Assembly (NCBI RefSeq): GCF_009914755.1
Contig: NC_060930.1
From: the human T2T-CHM13v2.0 reference genome, Homo sapiens
Reading direction: 5' to 3' (one strand)
Length of the DNA: 64,000 nucleotides
In this document: piece after piece, positions 56,605 through 64,000 of the stretch
Layout of the letters: each line of letters starts with the position of its first letter
How positions within the stretch are numbered: the first letter of the stretch is position 1
Translations under genes and position numbers: made by a program
The notes under the pieces: model-generated
Seen by the model: only the letters and a program-made list of their open reading frames with translations
Told to the model about the DNA's origin: nothing
The model's database searches: none

Positions 56605-57360
56605 TATACACTAAAAATAAAAGCTTAAGCCTTCTACCAACTAAATAGACCCCCTCTTAGCTAAGAAGACTCCCCAAAAAACTTGAAAATTGAGTTCCCA
56701 GCCATGATGAAATGAGAAGTCAGACATGCCTTGTTATGCCCCTCCTTTTGGAGTTTAGACACAACAGCTGACCAGCATTAGTGTTAAAATAGAGATCATA
56801 AGACTGACAGGACAGACTCTTTGTGACAAAAAAAGATACCAAATTATAAACAAGACGTAAGGTCATGCCAGGCAAGGTGCCATAACTACAGCTTTGATTG
56901 GACAAAGAGACTCATTTCGGTAACTTTCTCCTGATAAAACATCTACCAACCACGGACTGGTTCTGGCCAGTTTGCAGAGACTGTGCACTTACGTGCCTCC
57001 ATGTCCTGAAAAGACTATTTGACATATAAAGCCTAATTACAATACATTTAAATGTTAAACCTTCACCCCCAAATAAACATGGGTCATATATACATCAATT
57101 TGTTCGATACACATATATCAGGACCACCTTCATAACTATTCATAACTCATCCTATAACCTGTTAAATATATATGCTTAGCCAACTTGTTCAACATAAAAC
57201 TCCTACCCCAACTTATCTTCACTCAAAATGCCTACTAATGGCTTTGGCCAGAGGCATGCTTCCCAGTCTGCAAGATAGCCACCTTACAGTCTATAACCCT
57301 TTACAAAAAAATAAAGTATCCTTCCTAAATTTGTAGGTCCTGTGATTTTTTAACTTGACA
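56605..57360 (+). mobile_element. MER39-type ERV1 LTR with internal deletion near 56879
   Basis: 'ctgaccagcattagtgttaaaatagagatcataagactgacag'; AATAAA ~57310; ends 'ttgaca'. Confidence 0.88.
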
Positions 57361-57479
57361 CACTGAGTCCTGTTTCTGGCTGGAGGTGCACTTCCTAGCC
57401 TGCCAGCATGGCCACCTTTATAAGAAATAGTCTCTTCTTTTCAAATATTTTTTTTGTAAGTTACCATATCTTGTGATGA

Positions 57480-57580
57480 GGATTTTTCACTTAAATGTGT
57501 AAAATAATATATGGAAAGTGCTTAGCATACTGCCTGATATGTAGCAGGTACTTAAAAACTAGCACCTGTCATATTATTAC
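57480..57580 (+). mobile_element. MIR 3' fragment
   Basis: 'aaagtgcttagcatactgcctgatatgtagcaggtact'. Confidence 0.6.
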
Positions 57581-57719
57581 TGATACATTCACCTACTTCC
57601 TGTTTTCTTCAGGCCTCTTTCCTAAGGAATGCTGAGGTGTTCACCAGTTACTGAAGAAGAGGAAGTCACTAAAGGGACTTAAAGTCACTATTACACATTG
57701 TGACACTTCCTATTATTTA

Positions 57720-58034
57720 TTTATTTTTTATTTCTTTTTATGTATTTTTTTTTTTGAGACAGAGTCTCGTTCTATTGCCCAGGCTGGAGTGCAGTGGTAC
57801 AATCTCGGCTCGCTGCAACATCCGCCCCCTGGCTCAAGTGATTCTCTCGCCTCAGCCTCCCGAGTAGCTGGGGTTAGAGGCATGCACCACGACACCCAGC
57901 TAATTTTTGTATTTTCAGTAGAGACTGGTTTCACCATGTTGGCCAGGCTGGTCTTGAACTCCTGACCTCAAGTGATCCGCCAGCCTCGGCCTTGAAAGTG
58001 CTTCGATTACAGGCCTGAGCCACTATGCCCAACC
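57720..58034 (-). mobile_element. AluSx/Sz
   Basis: Full dimer; TSD cttcctattattta at 57706-57719 and 58037-58050. Confidence 0.96.
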
Positions 58035-58411
58035 CTCTTCCTATTATTTAAATGCTTTGGGTGTTTATGTTGCCTCCTCTACAAGAAAGTAACGCAGTAG
58101 ATCATTTATATGATCTAAAATATGGTAAGTATTCAATAAATACAAAGTACTCTCCCAGGTGAATTTAAAAAGGTGCTTCCCTTTCTCCAGTCACCTGTCA
58201 AGTAAGCAAGCAGAAGAAAATGGGAAACAAGAGTCTGGAAAAGAAATTTTATTTTAAAAACAGAATAATTATTATAACACCTATGCAGCAGTACTAATCT
58301 ACATAAGAAAAAAAATGCAAACCTAGGCAGTGTTTTTTGTGGAAGAAAGTCCAAATCAGTTTTTTTTTTTAAAAAAATGAAGCATCATCTGAAAAAGAAA
58401 ATATGGAAATA

Positions 58412-58448
58412 TGTGTGTGTGTATGCTTGTGTGTGTGTGTGTGTGTGT
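58412..58448. repeat. Interrupted (TG)n microsatellite
   Basis: Directly visible. Confidence 0.85.
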
Positions 58449-59707
58449 TAAGGTCTAGGATTCAACAAAAAAAAAAAAAATAGAGACATTCTTACTAAGC
58501 CCCTGTGAAAATCAGATATAATGAATTACCTTCAAAGAGTTCTATGCCTGGAAACCCATTGGGGTTTGCAAAAAAAAAAAAAAAAAAAGTGTAAGATGCA
58601 ATATACACAACTATTATGGAAAAAAACTGAAAGAGCATCATTTTATGAAGAGAGTTTATTTTACCTAATATTCTATAGATACTAACAACTAGTAGAAATA
58701 ACTTGTGTCAAACTGTATTTTTCCAGAACACTTTCACACTATGAAAGTCTATTCAAGAATTATATTTTCTGAGAATTGAGTCATATTTGGTTATCAAGGT
58801 GAGAAACCTACCCAAACTCAGTAATACCGGAAATGTCTAACCTCAAACACCAAGTTAATTAATTATTAAGGAAAAATTCTAAATTTAAAATAAAAATTAG
58901 AGTGGTACAATTTTCCGAAGGTCAGCATAATTGCTTTTGGCAATATGTATTGAATTCCTTGCAGCTGGCTTCCATTTATATTACATTTCCCCAATTATAA
59001 TTTTTCTCCACAAATGACCAAGGTGTTTATGTAAGTGTCCCTTTCTTAAATTCTATAATGATTAATTAGTGACCATACAACTCTGCTTTAACATCTAATT
59101 GTTTAAAATTTTAATATACTCTAATTCATAAGAATGGGTTTAACATTACAATGAATAATTTTATAATAAAACAAGATAAAAATATCAACTTATCATTGTA
59201 TTAAGATTGAGCTCTTCAATTATACATCCAAAGATTATAGGTAATTCTCCTCATCTTTGTAAGGCCACAAGTTTTCAACTGACTGTTAGGCAGCAAATTT
59301 GTGCAAATTAGACCATAAAATTAAGACATTCTCTACATCAATTCTAGAGATACAAATAAATAACACCCTGAAGGGAGAATCGTTTATCACTGAGTTTGTT
59401 TCCATAGTTTAAAAACCTTTTCTTCAAAATTCAAAAAAGTACTTAATGCAGTGTAAAATATCTGACGAAATTGCATAGGTATTGACATAAACTAATGCAA
59501 AAGCCCTACTGCCAAGCAAAATTTATAACTGCCAAACATTAAGACTAAAAGAGCTAATAAATCAACAAGCACTAAGGTCTTACTCTGCCTACAATATTAA
59601 ATGAAAAGAAGCTTTAATAGACAATATCTATATTTAAGTAAGTTGCACTCTAGTGGTGGTGGTTAGAATATACATTCTAAATTTAATACTAACATATACC
59701 TAAAAAT

Positions 59708-60773
59708 ATGGGTAAATTGAGTGTCACAGGGGTTTAGTGTACCGACTATTTTGTCACACAGGTAATGAGCATAGTACTTGCTAGGTAATTTTTCAATCCT
59801 CACTCTCCTCCCACCCTCCATCCTCAAGTAGGCCCAGGTGTCTGTTGGTCCCTTATTTGTGTCCGTGCATACTCAATGTTTAGCTCCCACTAAGTGAAAA
59901 CATGTGTTATTTGCTTTTCTGTTCCTGGGTTAAGCTTAGGATAATGGCCTCCATATCCTTTTCAGCAACATGGATGGTGCTGATTTTGTTCTTTTTTATG
60001 GCTGCATAATATTCCATGATGTGTATGTACCACATTTTCTTTATCCAGTCTACTGCTGATGGGCATCTAAGTTGATTCCATGTCCTTGTTATCGTGAAAA
60101 GTGTTGTGATGAATATATGCATGCATGTGTCTTTATGTTAGAAAGATTTATATTCCTTTGAGTATATACCAAGTAATGGGATTGCTGAGTCGAATGGTAG
60201 TTCTGTTTTAAGTTCTTTGAGAAATCTCCAAACTGCTTTCCACTGGCTGAACTAATTTACATTTCTACCAATAGTGTATAAGTATTCCCCTTTCTCTGCA
60301 CCTTGCCAGCATCTGTTATTTTTTTGGCTTTTTAATAGCCATTCTGACTGGTCTGAGATAGTATCTCATTTTGATTTTGATTTGAATTTCTCTAATTATT
60401 AGTGATATTCAGCATTTTTTCATATGCTTGTTGGCCACGTGTATGTCTTCTTTTGAGAAGTGTCTGTTCATGTTCTTTGCCCATTTTTAATGGGGTTGTT
60501 TGGTTTTTGCTTGTTGATTTGTTTCAGTTCCTTTATAGATTCTGGATATTAGTCCTTGTGGGATGCATAGTTTGTGAAAATTGTCTCCCATTTTGTAGAT
60601 TGTCTCTTTACTCTGTTGATAGTTTCTTTTTCTGTTCAGAAGCTCTTTAGTTTAATTAGTTTACACATGCCAATTTTGTTTTTGTTGCAATTGCTTTTGA
60701 AGCTATCATTAGATCTTTCCCAGGGCCAATGTCCAGAATGGTATTTCCTAGATTTTTCCAATATTTTAATAGT
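59708..60773 (-). mobile_element. L1PA14/15-type 3' region lacking its extreme 3' end and tail
   Basis: 'ggtaaattgagtgtcacaggggttt...caagtaggcccaggtgtctg'; ORF2 C-terminal remnant '[20 protein letters not shown]'. Confidence 0.92.
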
Positions 60774-61156
60774 ATAATTTCATCTGAAATGCCATCAATT
60801 AATAGAAAAGCATTTCTGACTTGAAAAGAAATTATGTTGTTACCTCTTCAAATACAATTTGAGAGTCATCTCTATGTTGCCATATAGTTGTCTTGATGAC
60901 AAATATTATGCCCTCACATTGCTATTAGGTTTATAATAGGAGCAGTAAAGAGAGGAATAGAGCCACCACAGAATAAGAAGAAAAATATTTTGATACCTTT
61001 TTTAGTGTTGCAACATAGAATAAACGAATAAATGTCTCTAGTACCAAATAATGGATAGGTTTGTCACTGTGGCAAATATTTCTATTCTTAAATGTCAGTA
61101 TTGTATGACTATAGGTTAGTTTTTAAGGCAAATCATTAAAATGTATCTTTCTATCA

Positions 61157-61183
61157 TTATATATATGTAACAAAGGGAACACT

Positions 61184-61217
<34 letters not shown>

Positions 61218-61318
61218 CACTTACATACTTTTGAAGCTCGATGGAGCTGGAGGCCATTATCCTATATATACTTCAATATAGGATAATGGCCTCCAGCTCC
61301 ATCGAGCTTCAAAAGTGT

Positions 61319-61354
<36 letters not shown>

Positions 61355-61360
61355 TTCAAA

Positions 61361-61394
<34 letters not shown>

Positions 61395-61610
61395 CACTTC
61401 AAAAGTATGTGTATATATATATACACACTTCAAAAGTGTGTATATATATATATACACTTCAAAAGTGTGTATATATATATACACACATCTATAAGCTTCA
61501 AAAGTGTGAGTGTATATATATATATACACATATACATATACATATATATATACACACACTTTTGAAGCTCGATGGAGCTGGAGGCCATTATCCTATATGC
61601 TTCAAAAGTG

Positions 61611-61644
<34 letters not shown>

Positions 61645-61846
61645 GATATATGTATATATACACACATATATATGTGTGTATATATATACATATCTGTGTA
61701 TATATATACACACACACTATATATACACTTTATATATATATACACACACATATATGTAATTGTTCCCTTTGTTACACATATATAACAATTGACGATATAT
61801 ATACACTTCAAATACATACAAATAGAGTTTAGATATATATACTTCA

Positions 61847-61878
<32 letters not shown>

Positions 61879-61890
61879 TATACTTCAAGT
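61157..61890. repeat. Complex nested palindromic (TA/CA)n minisatellite
   Basis: Outer inverted arms, a perfect 41-bp hairpin and repeated acacttcaaaagt units. Confidence 0.95.
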
Positions 61891-62259
61891 CATAATGGTT
61901 CAAGAAACTAGAGCAGAAAGAGTAAACAGTAAGGGGCGAGGAATAATATTTGAAAGACGTGGGATTTAGACAACATCTTGAGAACAGGTACTGGGTGTTT
62001 TCATCTCTGTAGTAGAATGAATGTTGTCATGCAGTATTTGTATAATAAACGTTTGTGGAACTACATTTATTGCTAGCCATAGGAAAAGATATTTCACTTA
62101 GGAAAAGTACTGTACAAAATGGCTGGAGGGATGGGGGACACAACTATGTTTGTGAAAAGAATGCTAACTCAGGGAGACAGCTGGCATTTTGGCAGAGTGA
62201 GAGGTGAAGCTGGCAATGTCAGCTCCTGATCATTTATATCTTCTCTGATGTTCCTGTCT

Positions 62260-62647
62260 GCCAAGAAATAGAATCCAGCTAAATGCCCATCAGTGAATGA
62301 ATGAAGAAAATGAGGCATATATGCACAGTGGAATAATATTTAGCATTTAAAAGAAGGAAATCTTATCATTCGCATCAATATGAATGAACCTGAAGGACAT
62401 TATGCTAAAAGAAATAAGCCAGGCACACAAAGACAAATGCCACATGATCTCATTTATATGTGGAATCTAAAAATGTTAAACTCATAAAGGGTAGAATGGT
62501 GGCTACCAAGCATTTAGAGTACTAGAAAGTTAGGGAGATGTTAGTCAAAGGAAACAAAATTTTACTTAGGAGAAATAAGTTCAAGAGATCTATTTATAAA
62601 ACATGGTGACTATGTTTTATAGCAAGGTGCTATTTTCTTGAAAATTT
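62260..62647 (+). mobile_element. L1MA7/8-type 3' end
   Basis: 'gaacctgaaggacattatgcta...ataagttcaagagatcta...catggtgactat'. Confidence 0.85.
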
Positions 62648-62906
62648 CAACAACAAAATTAAAAAAAATTGAGTGAGCCATACACCTGCTTTACTTAGAA
62701 AAAACATGTCAATTTTTTATATATACTGTATACTGAAGATTTTGTTAAGAGGGTAGATTTCATGTTATGTGGTCATATTTTAAGTAAATATAAAGGGTAC
62801 TAATGCAATTTTCTTACACGGATATGTTGCATAGTGGTGAAGTTTGGGCTTTTAGTGTATCCATCACCTAAATAATGTACACTGTACCGATTAAGTAATG
62901 TCTCAT

Positions 62907-64000
62907 TGTATTAGTCCATTCTCACACTTCTATAAAGAACTTCCTGAGACTAAGTAGTTTATGAAGAAAGGAGGTTTAATTGACTCACAGTTCTGCAGGA
63001 TGTACAGGAACACAGCTGGAAGGCCTCAGGAAACTTAATCATGGCAGAAGGCAAAGGAGAATCAAGCATGTCTTACCATGGTGGAGCAGGAGAGAAAGAG
63101 TGAAGGGGGAAGTTCTACACACTTTTAAACAACTCATTCACTGTCATGAGAAGAGCAAGGTAGAAGTCTGCCCCTATGATTTAATCACCTTCCACCAGGC
63201 CCCTCTTCCAACACATTGGGAATGCAGTTCGACATTAGATTTGGGTGGGGACACAGAGCCAAACCATATCATTCTGCCCCCTGGCCCTTCCCAAATCTCA
63301 TGTCCTTCTCACGTTTCAAAACACAACCATGCCTTCCCAACATTCCCCCAAAGTCTTAACTCATTCCAGCATTAACTTAAAAGCCCAAGTCCAAAGCCAT
63401 ATCTAAGACAAGTCCCTTCTGCATATAACCCTGTAAAATCAAAAACAAGTTAGTTGCTTCCACGATATAACTAACTTGTACAGGGTTACAGGCATTGGGT
63501 AATGCTCCTGGTTCCAAAAGGGAGAAATTAGCAAAAACAAAGGGGATATAGGCCCCATGCAAGACTAAATCCCAGCTGGACAGTCATTAAATCTTAACAC
63601 TCCAAAATAATCTCCTTTGACTCCATGTCTCACATCCAGAGCATACTGATGCAAGTGGTGGGCTAACAAAGCCATGGGCAGCTCCACTCCCATGGCTCCA
63701 CAGGGTACAGCCCCCATGGCTGCTTTCACAGGCTGGTGTTGAGTGCCTGTGGCTTTTCCAGGTTCATGGTGCAAGCTGTCGATGGATCTACCATTCTAAG
63801 GTCTGGATGACAGTGGCCCTCTTCTTGAAGCTCCACTAAGAAGTGCCCCAGTGGGGACTCTGTGTGGGGGCTCCAACCCCACATTTCCCCTCCAAACTAC
63901 CCAAATGGAGGTTCTCTGTGAGGGCTCCACCCCTGCAGTAGACTTCTGTCTGGACATCCAGATCTTTCCATACATCCTCTGAAATCTAGGCTGAGGCTCC
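62907..64000 (-). mobile_element. MSTA-type MaLR: 3' LTR (62907-63271) plus internal region running off the window
   Basis: 'tgtattagtccattctcacac...ggcctcaggaaactta...gccaaaccatatca', then MaLR-int homologous to the THE1-int at 14.3-15.9 kb. Confidence 0.93.

Noticed and set aside
61241-61847. Several Y/I/H/T-rich ORFs and CRISPR-like periodicity
   Set aside because: ORFs are translations of (TA/CA)n; the spacers are simple repeats rather than unique sequence, and there are no cas genes in this primate DNA

Overview
This is AT-rich, non-coding hominid (most likely human) DNA. An L1PA2-type insertion and AluY elements point to a great-ape lineage. I recognise no host protein-coding exon, RNA gene or CpG island. 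About half the window is interspersed repeat: a near-full-length old L1 (4.8-10.9 kb), a complete THE1B-type MaLR provirus, a young 5'-truncated L1PA2, six Alus, MER39-type ERV1 LTRs, an MSTA element running off the right edge, and many MIR, L2, L3 and DNA-transposon relics. Long ORFs in the track are repeat-derived, low-complexity or unrecognised. Subfamily names come from recalled consensus sequences and are approximate. I found no new gene system. The notable signals are mutational architectures: (1) a nested palindrome at 61.16-61.79 kb with a perfect 41-bp hairpin carrying a captured L1 3'-end fragment; (2) a ~99%-identical 411-bp tandem duplication with a templated junction; (3) a probable gene-conversion tract between two L1s 55 kb apart; (4) a 27-bp micro-inversion and other fold-back scars; (5) head-to-head MER39 LTRs; (6) a THE1 5' LTR that lost its poly(A) signal and has strong splice donors.
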